DNA from: Octopus vulgaris
Lineage: Eukaryota
Direction of reading: 5' to 3'
Assembly (NCBI GenBank): GCA_951406725.2
Contig: OX597827.1
Location: 67,022,001-67,086,000, forward strand
Length of the DNA: 64,000 nucleotides
Each line of letters starts with the position of its first letter. Position 1 is the first letter of the stretch. Shown here piece by piece: positions 39,497 to 51,945 of this stretch. The notes under the pieces are model-generated. The model did no database searches. It saw only the letters and a program-made list of their open reading frames with translations, and had not been told where the DNA came from. Both the position numbers and the translations under genes were made by a program.

Positions 39497-41646
39497 TAAG
39501 ACGATAGGGTATTATGTGAGTAAAATGTAGCCGCTATAACTAGCAACATAATCGACAGCATCTGTGGTCCTTCACTGCGTTTTTCTAAAAATATTTCTTA
39601 TGGCTATTGTTTTCAGTGGTTCCTTGGTGATGTATTTGGCTACGAGTTTCTGAAGACAGTCATAAGACGATAGGGTATTATGTGAGTAAGATGTAGCTGC
39701 TATAACTAGCAACATCATCGACAGCATCTGCGGTCCTTCACTGCGTTTTTTAAAAATATTTCTTATGGTTATTGTTTTCAGTGTTTTTTTGGTGATGTAT
39801 TTGGCTACGAGTTTCTGAAGACAGTCATAAGACGATAGGGTATTATGTGAGTAGGATGTAGCCGCTATAACTAGCAACATCATCGACAGCATCTGTGGTC
39901 CTTCACTGCGTTTTTTAAAAATATTTCTTATGGTTATTGTTTTCAGTGGTTCCTTGGTGATGTATTTCACTACGAGTTTCTGAAGACAGTCATAAGACGA
40001 TAGGGTATTATGTGAGTAGGATGTAGCCGCTATAACTAGCAACATCATCGACAGCATCTGTGGTCCTTCACTGCGTTTTTATAAAAATATTTCTTATGGC
40101 TATTGTTTTCAGTGGTTCCTTAGTGATGTATTTGGCTACGAGTTTCTGAAGACAGTCATAGGACGATAGGGTATTATGTGAGTAAGATGTAGCCGCTATA
40201 ACTAGCAACATCATCGACAGCATCTGTGGTCCTTCACTGCGTTTTTTAAAAATATTTCTTATGGTTATTGTTTTCAGTGGTTCCTTGGTGATGTATTTCC
40301 GTACGAGTTTCTGAAGACAGTCATAAGACGATAGGGTATTATGTGAGTAAGATGTAGCTGCTATAACTAGCAACATCATCGACAGCATCTGTGGTCCTTC
40401 ACTGAGTTTTTTAAAAATATTTCTTATGGTTATTGTGTTCAGTGGTTTCTTGGTGATGTATTTGGCTACGAGTTTCTGAAGACAGTCATAAGACGATAGG
40501 GTATTATGTGAGTAGGATGTAGCCGCTATAACTAGCAACATCATCGACAGCATCTGTGGTCCTTCACTGCGTTTTTATAAAAATATTTCTTATGGCTATT
40601 GTTTTCAGTGGTTCCTTAGTGATGTATTTGGCTACGAGTTTCTGAAGACAGTCATAGGACGATAGGGTATTATGTGAGTAAGATGTAGCCGCTATAACTA
40701 GCAACATCATCGACAGCATCTGTGGTCCTTCACTGCGTTTTTTAAAAATATTTCTTATGGTTATTGTTTTCAGTGGTTTCTTGGTGATGTATTTGGCTAC
40801 GAGTTTCTGAAGACAGTCATAAGACGATAGGGTATTATGTGAGTAGGATGTAGCCGCTATAACTAGCGACATCATCGACAGCATCTGTGGTCCTTCACTG
40901 CGTTTTTCTAAAAATATTTCTTATGGCTATTGTTTTCAGTGGTTCCTTAGTGATGTATTTGGCTACGAGTTTCTGAAGACAGTCATAAGACGATAGGGTA
41001 TTATGTGAGTAAGATGTAGCCGCTATAACTAGCAACATCATCGACAGCATCTGTGGTCCTTCACTGCGTTTTTTAAAAATATTTCTTATGGTTATTGGTT
41101 TCAGTGGTTCCTTGGTGATGTATTTCACTACGAGTTTCTGAAGACAGTCATAAGACGATAGGGTGTTATGTGAGTAAGATGTAGCCGCTATAACTAGCAA
41201 CATCATCGACAGCATCTGTGGTCCTTCACTGCGTTTTTTAAAAATATTTCTTATGGCTATTGTTTTCAGTGGTTCCTTGGTGATGTATTTGGCTACGAGT
41301 TTCTGAAGACAGTCATAAGACGATAGGGTATTATGTGAGTAAGATGTAGCCGCTATAACTAGCAACATCATCGACAGCATCTGTGGTCCTTCACTGCGTT
41401 TTTTAAAAATATTTCTTATGGCTATTGTTTTCAGTGGTTTCTTGGTGATGTATTTGGCTACGAGTTTCTGAAGACAGTCATAAGACGATAGGGTATTATG
41501 TGAGTAAGATGTAGCCGCTATAACTAGCAACATCATCGACAGCATCTGTGGTCCTTCACTGCGTTTTTTAAAAATATTTCTTATGGTTATTGTTTTCAGT
41601 GGTTCCTTGGTGATGTATTTCACTACGAGTTTCTGAAGACAGTCAT
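39497..41646. repeat. Tandem satellite, 13 units of 165/166 bp
   Basis: Unit starts at 39497, 39663, 39828, 39993, 40159, 40324, 40489, 40655, 40820, 40986, 41151, 41316 and 41481; units differ by only a few substitutions. Confidence 0.97.
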
Positions 41647-41957
41647 ATAAGGAAACCAAAATCTAATCAAAAAATAAAACATTATCTAATGGAAATATTA
41701 CCTTTGATCTTTATTTGAACACGCAAGAAAAGCATTATTTTCGTCTGCTTAATATACCCTTGGGTGCCTTTCTTCGTGATGGACTTATCAAAAACGTATT
41801 ATCTACATATTAGAGTGTATGGTTGCTACATGGACTTGATTCCAGACCCGCTCTGCGTGACAACTTCGGCAGTATATTGTAGTATCGTTTCGAGATGGCC
41901 AATGACTGGAAATCTGATTCCGCAAAACGATATAATGTGCAAAGAACGTCCTGATGT

Positions 41958-41992
<35 letters not shown>

Positions 41993-42012
41993 AGTGTGCG
42001 TGCTTGCGCGTG

Positions 42013-42049
42013 TAGATAGATAGATAAATGGATGGATGAATGAATGAAT

Positions 42050-42081
<32 letters not shown>

Positions 42082-42123
42082 CAGATAGATAGATAGATAT
42101 ATAGATAGATACATATAGATAGT

Positions 42124-42190
<67 letters not shown>

Positions 42191-42312
42191 TTAGACAGAT
42201 AGTTAGATAGATAGATATATAGATAGATACAGATAGCTAGATAGATATATACATAGATAGATACAGATAGATAGTTAGATAGATACAGATAGATAGATAT
42301 ATAAATAGATAC

Positions 42313-42385
<73 letters not shown>
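42013..42385. repeat. (GATA)n microsatellite
   Basis: Direct inspection. Confidence 0.95.
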
Positions 42386-42386
<1 letters not shown>

Positions 42387-43710
42387 GTCTCGGCGTTTTT
42401 TTTAAATATGTGGCTTTCTGTTTGTGTTTGTCACATCATTTTATAACTGGTGTTGGTTTACTTACGTCCGTGTAAATTAACTATTCGGCAAAGGAGAACC
42501 TACGGAATAAGACCTAAGCATTACATTTGTTTTATTCGTTTAAACCAGTCATTGCGGTGCCTAAGCATGGCCACAGTATAATGCACGTATGAGTAAATAG
42601 AAAATAATTTTTTTCTGGTTACAGTTCTTCCGACCACGTGAAAGACCTCTTGTCTTCTACATCTTAGAACCCGTATCAATATATGCATTGCTCTCAATGA
42701 AAGATTTGGGATAAATACTACAAGATATATATTATCTGAGCTTCTAGCTTTTCTCTCAATCTGCTGCGGTATAAAAGGCAAAGTTTATTCGGATGAGATT
42801 TGAACTTGGAACGCTAAGAATCATAACATGAAACGGGAGGGATTTTATATAATCTTCTAACTGGTACTCTGTCGATTTCGAAGACGCGTGCTCCAGCTGA
42901 CCCGATCGAGGGAGAAACCTGCAAGTGAAAGTAACGTGAAAGTGGCCGTACACGCCACAGACACGTGGACCTGTAACATGGCTGATGGGGGAGATTCAGC
43001 ATAATAAAGTATGAGATATGGGTGACCCTCGGAAATATAGTTACAGCCCAGTTTTGCGACCTGATTTGAATGGAGCAACAGGAAATAAAGTGTCTTACTG
43101 AAGGACACGACACGCTGCTTGTATCGAACTCACGACCTTACAATCGCGAACCGAATAATCTAACCACTAATACACTTGCTTTTACATAATGCTTTAATAA
43201 CAACCAATTCTGCATCCATTCTCATTAAGGGCTGACACAGGTCTAAATAACAGCAACAACAAAAACTGACAACAAAACCGACCGCAAATCTATCAAACTA
43301 TTGTTGCTCTGCCTGGCACTAGAGACTCCATGATGAATATCAAAATCGAATTTAGTGGCATGTAATATATATCAACCGGAGATTAACATAATAATATCTT
43401 CGGAATACAACATGGTACTGTGTAATTATCTTGTTGTGTAATATGTCATGAGACATGATGTAAATTTCGAATTATGGAAACGACCTCTGTCAAGGAAATT
43501 CGTAAATGTTTGCACTGCATGAACACTCTTTAACTCACCCTTGTTACCAAACATGACCCTTTCTCTCACTTATACAATTCTCTCTCCCAACAACTTAAAA
43601 CTTACAGTCTCCTTCGAGCTTCTCTAAAAGCGCCTTCGGAAATGTCTTTACGGTTTACACTTCAAGTATTCTTACGGGACGATCAATCAAGAGCCTGCTG
43701 CTATACAGTG

Positions 43711-43759
<49 letters not shown>

Positions 43760-43884
43760 AATGACGATGATGATGATGACGACGACGACGACGACGATGA
43801 TCATGATGCTATTAGTGACTATCAAAAATAGGGGTTTCTCATTGTCACAGGGACACAAATGTAGGGGAAATATGCGAGTAGTTT

Positions 43885-44106
43885 CTGGCAGAGACGTTAG
43901 CACGCCGGGCGAAATGCTTACCGGTATTTCGTCTGCCGTTACGTTGTGAGTTCAAATTCCGCCGTGGTTGACTTTGCCTTTAATCCTTTCGGGGTCGATA
44001 AATTAAGTACCAGTTACGCACTGGGGTCGATGTAATCGACTTAATACCTATGTCTGTCCTTGTTTGTCCCCTCTATGTTTAGCCCCTTGTGGGTAATAAA
44101 GAAATA
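43885..44106 (+). mobile_element. SINE family A
   Basis: ctggcagagacgttagcacgccgggcg...gggtaataaagaaata. Confidence 0.88.
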
Positions 44107-44373
44107 GGTTTCGCATTTCATGAAAGGTGTAGGGTACATAAAATCGTGGAGAAAAGAATGTTTGGTAGTAGAGAAGATTATTCTGTGCCAGAATATTAGA
44201 ATGCATGGGTGATGCAATGCTTCTAATATATGAGAGCCACAGGCGAAGGCGTGGCTGTGGGGTAAGAAGTTTGCTTCCTAACCCCGTGCCACCTTGGGTA
44301 AGTACCCTCTACTATAACACCTGATCACCCAAAGCCTCAAGGGAGGATTTGGGAGGCGGATATGAAACATGTC

Positions 44374-44533
44374 TGTTTCTTTATTGCCCACAAGGGGCTA
44401 AACATAGAGGGGACAAACAAGGACAGACAAACGGATTAAGTGGATTACATCGACCCCAGTGCGTAACTGGTACTTAATTTATCGACCCCGAAAGGATGAA
44501 AGGCAAAGTCGACCTCGGCGGAATTTGAAGTCA
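44374..44533 (-). mobile_element. 5'-truncated SINE family A, 10-bp TSD, inserted in a family B head
   Basis: TSD gaaacatgtc at 44364-44373 and 44534-44543. Confidence 0.9.
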
Positions 44534-44632
44534 GAAACATGTCGTGTACTTATTGCGCGTATGTGTACGCATGAATGTTAAAAATGCACACACACACACA
44601 CACACACATACACACATACACACACATATACA

Positions 44633-45037
44633 TCTTTATATATAAAAGTGAAGTTGTGTGAGTGTCTGTCTCCTACGATTTAGATTCCTAACTACTCCCA
44701 CATTTTGCGGTGCAGTTTAACCAAAACCGGGTATCTTATAGTCGTGATTCATATCGAGCCCATCTGGGTATTAGCGCGCGTCTACGATGAGTCTACGATT
44801 AAAAAAAAAATTACCATAATTTTTCTTCCATTTTTAATGCATTTTTTTGCTATTATATAAGGGAAATAACTCTCTAAAAATGTCTACGATGAGTCTACGA
44901 TTTAAAAAAAAAATTACCATAAGTTTTTTCCATTTTTAATGCATTTTTTTGCTATTATATAAGGGAAGTAACTCTCTAAAAATGCTTATATAGTTATTTC
45001 CCTTACAAACCCGAGCAACGCCGGGCGATACTGCAAG
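44633..45037 (+). mobile_element. Non-autonomous Helitron (family H3) with an internal ~102-bp tandem duplication
   Basis: A|TCTTTATATATAAAAG ... CCCGAGCAACGCCGGG-CGATACTGCAAG|T (CTAG mutated to CAAG); duplicated units start at about 44780 and 44882. Confidence 0.85.
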
Positions 45038-45169
45038 TATATATATATATATGCATGTACATATTTTTGCGCGGAAGTGACTGTATGTTAAGAAGCTTGC
45101 TTCCTAACCGCATGTTCCCAGGTTCAGTTCCACAGTGTGACACCTTGGAGAAGTGTCTTCTACTATGAT

Positions 45170-46100
45170 AACTATGAAGTTGGCTGGAGATTTCCCAGAC
45201 GCAAGAAATGCCACAAGAGCTCTGAAAAAACGTTATGAGTATGCGCATTGGTCCATGGAAGAGTGGGTCATCGGCCATTGCGTTTTCATTTATGAATGTC
45301 GGTACATTTGGACCAGGCGGTACAGTTAGCCGAATTGTGAACCGTAGCGTGGGAAGAATTGCGACGTCACTTTCGCGCTGTCAGGAGAACTCGGCCTGGT
45401 TCACCATTCCATTGCAAATGATACCTATTTCTTTATTACCCACAAGGGGCTAAACACAGAGGGGACAAACAAGGACAGACATAGGTATTAAGTCGATTAC
45501 AACGACCCCAGTGTGTAACTGGTACTTAATTTATCGACCCCGAAAGGATGAAAGGCAAAGTCGACCCCAGCGGAATTTGAACTCACAACGTAACGCAGAC
45601 GAAACACCGCTAAGCATTTCGCCCGGCGTGCTAACGTTTCTGCCAGCTCACCGCCTTAAATGATACCGTTAGACGAAACTCTGTGGAGGAGTTCTTGGTG
45701 GAAACAGTTTGAGCATGTGCTGACATGTTCCCAGCGGATGATTCCGCCTATTTGATCTATGATAACGCGCGGTCACACATTCGTGCCAGGCTCCTAGCTG
45801 ACGTTGACTGACGGATCAGTCTGTTACTCATGCCCCTCTATTCACCGTCTCTTAATTGTACAGAAATGTTGCATTTTTCCTTCAATGTGGCTGTGAAGCG
45901 GGACCTCGCTTGAGGAGCAAAGGGTTGGCGACCAGGCAGCTGGGAAGAAGCCAGTATGACCATGAAAGAATGGCGAGCAGATGTCATACAACGGGTCGTA
46001 AAGCGCCAGATCGTAACATCGACGCTACTATTCCAGAAAATTGTGTTCGTTGGTATAGACTCTCTCTCTGACCTACGTCCCGAGATGCCTCAAGCGCCCG
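45170..46100 (+). pseudogene. Decayed IS630/Tc1-superfamily DDE transposase (Gambol-like, D-33-E spacing as preserved), split by a SINE
   Basis: TMKLAGDFPDARN..RYEYAHW..CVFIYEC..WTRR / RGKNCDVTFALSGELGLVHHSI / YLIYDNARSH..LMPLYSPSLNCTE / PENCVRWY..YVPRCL. Confidence 0.8.
45426..45657 (-). mobile_element. SINE family A, full length, 10-bp TSD
   Basis: TSD aaatgatacc at 45416-45425 and 45658-45667. Confidence 0.92.
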
Positions 46101-46769
46101 GAAACAGACGCCTAAATATTTTCAAACGAACTCTCCTATCAATACTGTAAATCACTAATAATCTTAGTGTACATAACACCCTTCACTCGATGAAAGAAAT
46201 AATACAAAATGCAAGAAATATATACTTTTCCCAACGAGACATGTTATACTGAGGAAATCAAAGAAAACGAGGATTTGTCGTAATTGTGAGTTTCTCTAAA
46301 AAGACCGAAAAGACTGGAATGCGATTTCATGAAATCGTTAACAATAAATATATATAACTATGCAAAAATAAAAAGAATACTTAGAAAAGACATGGACATG
46401 ATAGAGTGCTTAAAGCATAAACAATGGACGAAAACACATGACTATGATAACAATGATCATGAGATAAAATTAAAACAGCTCTGGTGCTAATTTGATTGCT
46501 CCAAGTGTTAAATAGATTGCTCCGAAGCGAATTTCAATACTCAAAAAGACGCTTCCTCACATTCTGACTAAATTGAACTCTCTCGGCGAGCATTTTGATT
46601 TGAATGATATAAATGCTAAATTCTTTGACCGAAGTGTGAAATTGAATGATCGAGGAACGAATTTAAATGACTAACTTCATGGCGCTAACTTTTTTCGCGA
46701 CTTTGAATGACCCCGCTTATCAAATTGAATGACAAAAGTATGGAAATGACTGCAAAAGCCTATATTTTC

Positions 46770-46824
46770 CGTTTACGAGCGTTCTCCGTGAACGAATTAA
46801 CTCGTATATCGAGGCACTACTGTA
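46770..46824. mobile_element. Solo pogo/Tigger-like terminal inverted repeat
   Basis: Reverse complement reads TA|CAGTAGTGCCTCGATATACGAGTTAATTCGTTC; no partner TIR was found. Confidence 0.5.
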
Positions 46825-48939
46825 GTAATAACCACATTCTTAAGTTTCTTGTTAAAATGTGTATTAACCTATCCTAGATAACGGAGTTTAGGGCTGTATA
46901 TTAATTTATAACAGTGTTCAATTATTACGTATTATTCGTAAAAATATATATTCCAAATATTATTTATTCGTAAAAGATTTGTAAGGTATTTCCTGGATAC
47001 TGGTACTACGAAGTACATACTATCAAGTGTTTTTAATTGTGAAGCAGAATTTGATGTGTTACTTCAGAAAATTATCGTAGAGAACAATAACGAGAAATCG
47101 GAAATGAGTAGAGACCAACGAGAAACGAGAACAGAGACGATATACCGAATGTCTGGGTCAAAGAGAAGGAGTACGAATTAGCAATGACAAGTGGAGAGTC
47201 AGGAGCGATGAACAGCGTTAACTCAAGAGAAAAGGAACGGAATTCGTGCAGGGAATGGAACTGGAATGCGTCGTATGACGAGCGACGAAGCTGAAGCTAC
47301 GAGAGTAAGGCAACTACTAATGAAGAAAACTGGTGTTACGATGAAAAGCGTTGATGGGGAAACATATGTTGAAGAAACCAAAATGAGAAAATGCTGGAAT
47401 AGAAAGCAAAGCTGAAGGGAATAGACCAGATTACTCGGAGAAGTACCATAGATGAAATGGCACAATATTATGACTGAGTGAGAAGAAATTGATGTCTAAC
47501 ACAAAATGAGCCGTGGAAGGCAGAATTATAGGTACCCCGGACAAAATGCTTAGTAGCGTATCATCTGTCTTTAGGTTCTGAGTTCAAATCCCACCGATGT
47601 CTAATTTGCCTTTCATTATGTAGAGGACCATAATCGACGAGCCTATTCCCACACTATTTCAGGCCTTGTGGTTATAATAGAAAGAATTATTACTATTATT
47701 AAGCCGACGCGTTGGCAGAACTGTTTGCAGATGTGACATAATCCTCAGCAACATTTCGCACATCTGTACGTTCCGAGTTCGAATTCTGCCGCGTTTTTTC
47801 TATGCCTTCTATCTTTTCTTCGTGGATTAAATAATTGTCAGTGATCGACTAACCCGCTCCACCAAAGTTTCATACTTTTTGCGAATAGTAGAAGGAATCA
47901 TTAATTATTTTTGTTGCTGAGTCAGAGAGCTGAGAGAATCGTTAGCATGCCGGACAAAATTGTTAGAAACATTTTGCCCATCTTTTTAGTCTGAATTCAA
48001 ATTCCGACCAGGTCGACTTCACCTTTCATCCTTTCGCAGTCGATAAAATAAGAACTAGTAAAATACTGAGATCAATATATTCAACCTACCCACTCCTAAA
48101 ATTGCTGGCCTTCTGAGAAAATGAAAAAAAAAGATTATTATTATAATCATAATTACTTTTTTTATTATGATCGTAATTATTATTGCAATAGTAATTATTA
48201 TCAAAATCCGTACAGAAGCTATGGCTTTACAACATGAAACCCGATGTTACTGAAGACGAATTTAAACTTTGTAATGAAAAGCTTTCTAAAAGGGTTAATA
48301 ATTGACAGATTGCAGCTGAATGCTGAGGACATTGTCATCGTAATATCTCGATACTAAAACAATTTGTTTCAATGTAAGATATGTCGACTGTTTTGTCTAT
48401 AATTAGATAAACTTTGTTGTCTTTAATGGATATATGAAATGATCAAAATAAGCAGCACCAGTAACATTAGAAAATATTCCACTTGTTTTAGTGCTTGTGC
48501 AGTCCATGTCTTTAGCAATTTTGGAATCACAGCTGCCATTTATAATGTAGTCAACCAGATAAAATAGCATTCTACAATATAAAAGCGACCATTTTCAGTT
48601 GTACTATTGCTACTTAACAGACCTGAAGGGGAAAAGGATTGAGTGAGCATAAAAACGAAGTACTTTACGAGATGTTTGATTTCGAAACTTAATGTGTTCT
48701 TTTTAATGCATTTCTGATTTAACTGATCCTACTTAACTGTTACACCTTATGTGAGACCGTAGGTGCGTACATAGAACAGAAGAATAATGTTGTTTTACTG
48801 TGCTCAATTCAAGAAGCAAATCTTCAACGTTAAAACTATGTTAATATTTCCCGTTCATAAACTGGTGTCATTTTGTTTTCTTCTCTGGATTTTGTATATT
48901 CATTGTTATCATTATCAGACTGATTATTCTAATCAAACA

Positions 48940-49312
48940 TACGCAGGCGTGGTTGTGCGGTAAGAAGCTTACTTCGCAGCCACCAGGTTCCGGGTTCAGT
49001 CCCACTGTGTGGCACCTTAAGCTAGTGTTTTCTACTATAGCCTCGGGTTTTGGTAGACGGTAACTGAAAAACGACCGTTGTATTTAGATATATATATCAA
49101 TGTGTGTGTCTTTGTGTCTGTGTTTCCCCCCTACCAACGCTTGACAACTGGTGTTGGTGTATATCGTATCTTAGTGGTTCGGTAAAAGAGACCGATAGAA
49201 TAAGTACTAGTCCTACAAAGAATAAGTCCTGGGATCCACTTCTTTGATTAAAACACATTAAAGCGATGCTCCAGCATGGCCGCAATCAAATGATTGAAAC
49301 AAGTAGAAGAAA
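48940..49312 (+). mobile_element. SINE family B (older subfamily)
   Basis: acgcaggcgtggttgtgcggtaagaag...gggttcagtcccactg...ccagcatggccgcaatcaaatgattgaaacaag. Confidence 0.8.
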
Positions 49313-49329
49313 AGATTAGAGTTCTCCAC

Positions 49330-49620
49330 TCCTTAATGGGCAGAAGCCATCGATGACTTTTCTATACTGTTCGTGACTCAAGGCTGTCATCTGCCTCTAA
49401 CCAACTAGATCCCTGCTTTTTTTTTCAGTTCCATTTCAGTATCTCCCAAGTATTTTGGAGGCGTCCTCTCTTCTGCCTACATTGTAGGCCCCAGTTTAGG
49501 GCTTCGTGTGTAATGCAGGATGATAGCTTCCTTTCAGATTTTTCTGCACCGTGTCTTTAGTTTCCTAGATGAAAAATCTTCCTCTCTTAAGTGTTGTTGC
49601 TTTGGGATTGCTATAGATTC
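49330..49620 (-). pseudogene. RTE-clade LINE ORF2 C-terminal remnant
   Basis: Minus translation SSCITHEALNWGLQCRQKRGRLQNTW resembles ITRxALxWxPxGKRxRGRPKNTW. Confidence 0.6.
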
Positions 49621-51294
49621 TTCTGTAATTTGCTGTAGATAGGACTGTTGGTCTTACGCAAGCATACTTTTACTTCTAAGAAGAGGTCTTCTATTTTAGT
49701 GTGGCCTCTATTCTTTGTCTTGTTCAGTATGGCATGCTGTACAGACTGCTTTCGTCCTGTTGGTGTATCGCTCAAGGTAAGTTTAGACGAACAATTTACG
49801 AAATATCTACCAAGAAATTACTGCTACACTTCTATTTACATTCGGAGTTCGGCTCGGTATTTCATCATCATCATCATCATCATCGTCGTCATCGTCGTCG
49901 TGGTCGTCATCATCATCATCAACAACAACAACCCCTCTACTTTTCTGTCTCAAGTCGCAAGACTCATTAGGCATGATACCGGGTTTCTTTGGCGTATAAG
50001 TGACCGAGATCGCAACATTTCCTGTGAACGGAGAGTGAGGAGTCCATCGCAAGTTTTCCTCATTTAAAAATGACCGAAGAGGAATCGAAACCGCGCCCGG
50101 GCCAGGAATCAAAACAACGGTCTAGCCTCCGTGATTGCAACACAGTAACCACCAGGTGCCTCCACAATAAAGCACTAGACAAGAACTACGCTTAATGATA
50201 TCGACGCATCTTTGTTCATCAAAACTGCTGGAATTACGCAGAAACCGGAAACAACTGTTTTTGTTATTTTTCATGTTAATGAACCAAGGTGTGGCGGATA
50301 GACTTTTTTTGCCGCGGTTCTGGTTGGATCACGGCCATAATAATAAATAAGGTTCTTGTTGCTATTGTTGTGAAGTTCAGTTTTACCGCATTAAATATAA
50401 AGTCGTTGCAAGAAGTCTCTTTTGGGGATATTTTGCCGCTAAAGACAGATAATTGATTATTTTAGTAGCCACCCAGTTTCTCTTAAGTGGATAACAGTGA
50501 TTCGCGTTTGAACATTCTTGTTATGTTTCCATATTCTGTAAACATTGTTTACTTGATATACAACATAGCAGCGTATTGTGGAGGAGCGGTCAGAGATGCT
50601 TATCACAGAAGCCGTAGTCGCTAATGTAAATAGGTACACCCCTCAGATGCAAACTTGTGAAAAACATATTAACAGTGCAGTAAAAAGAACAAAAATGTAA
50701 GACTAAAAGAATGAGGCAAAAAAAAAAATTAATAATAAAACTAACACGGAATAAATAGATACAACAAAAACTGCAAAACGAAAAACAAAACTAATGAACT
50801 TCTTAAAAAACAACATGGAGATATTTTCTTTCTTCTTTAATCACTGTTCTTTCCTTTTTTTATGCTATTATAGTAGCAAGCTACAAAGAGCGTCTAGACA
50901 GGCCGACTTGAAGAAAGAAAAATAATATGTGTAGAAGAAGTGTGTTACAATAATGCTAAACAAAAAAAAGAAGAAAATACTTGAATTATATTCATTATTA
51001 CACACAAACAGATACATATAAGTACATGTATATGTTTATACATAAATATATCACATGCATATCTACCCATCTATCTACATTGCTCTTTCTCTTTCTCTCC
51101 CTCTCTCTCTTTCCATATATACTATGTATTTGATATATATACAGATAGAGTAGAGGACAAAATCTCCACGGACAAAAGCCCCCTATGACAAAATCTCCAC
51201 GGACAAAAGCCGCATAGTTAAAGTGTGAAAGTGGACAGAATCCCTACTGTTATAGTTTTCGATTATCTTTATGTTTTTGTTTGTTTTTTTCACC

Positions 51295-51945
51295 TGTTAC
51301 TTGTTTCAGTCATTAGACTGCGGCCATGTTGGGGCACTGCCTTAAAGAAATTTTTTTCTTGAACGTATCGACCCCAGAATTGCTTTTCATTTTTACTTGT
51401 TACAGTTATTAGTCTGCGGCCATTCTGGGACACCAGCTTGAAGTATTTTTAGTCTGATGTCTCGACGCTAGAATTTTTAAAATTCTTACTTGTTGTTATT
51501 ATTATTGTGCGGCCGTGCTGGGGCACCAACTAAAAGAATGTTTAGTCGAACATAACGGACCTAGAATTATTTTTAATGCTTTTCGACAAGGGCATGAAGT
51601 TAAGCCTACAAGGTATCTCCACATGCTAGAAACAACATAACACCCTCGGTATTTTTATTTTCTAAAAGTCTTATTCGATCAGTTTCTTTGCCGAACCGCT
51701 AAGTTACGGGGACGCAAACACACCAGTATCGGTTGTCAAGCGATGTTGGCTGGGACAAACACAAACACACAAACACACACATGCACACATACGACGGGCT
51801 TCTTTCAGTTTCCGTCTACCAAATCCACTCACAAGGCTTTGGTCGGCCCGAGGCTATAGTAGAAGACACTTGCCCAAGTTGCCACGCAGTGTGACTGAAC
51901 TCGGAACCATGTGGTTGGTAAGCAAGCTACTTACCACACAGCCAC
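51295..51945 (-). mobile_element. SINE family B preceded by three diverged tandem copies of its ~95-bp 3' segment
   Basis: ttacttgtt...tgcggcc...tggg.cac recurs at about 51296, 51393 and 51486; the body 51660-51945 matches family B. Confidence 0.75.

Noticed and set aside
39636-39700. Satellite monomer as a hammerhead retrozyme (CTGAAGA-ca-gtc ataa gac-GATA, ggctac/gtagcc stem)
   Set aside because: GAAA is GATA in all units and stem III cannot pair; it is probably coincidental.
39497-41646. Satellite as a CRISPR array or a repeat-protein gene (161-254 aa ORFs)
   Set aside because: There are no unique spacers or cas genes, and the context is eukaryotic. The ORFs are 55-aa translations of the monomer, frameshifted by every 166-bp unit, with no recognisable domain.
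41800-41950. Possible Gypsy integrase zinc-binding remnant (HWPSRNDTTIYCRSCH)
   Set aside because: It is a single short motif with no supporting flanking pol sequence or LTR.
47040-47500. Purine-rich segment possibly from an RTE LINE C-terminus
   Set aside because: The motif similarity is too weak to call by eye.
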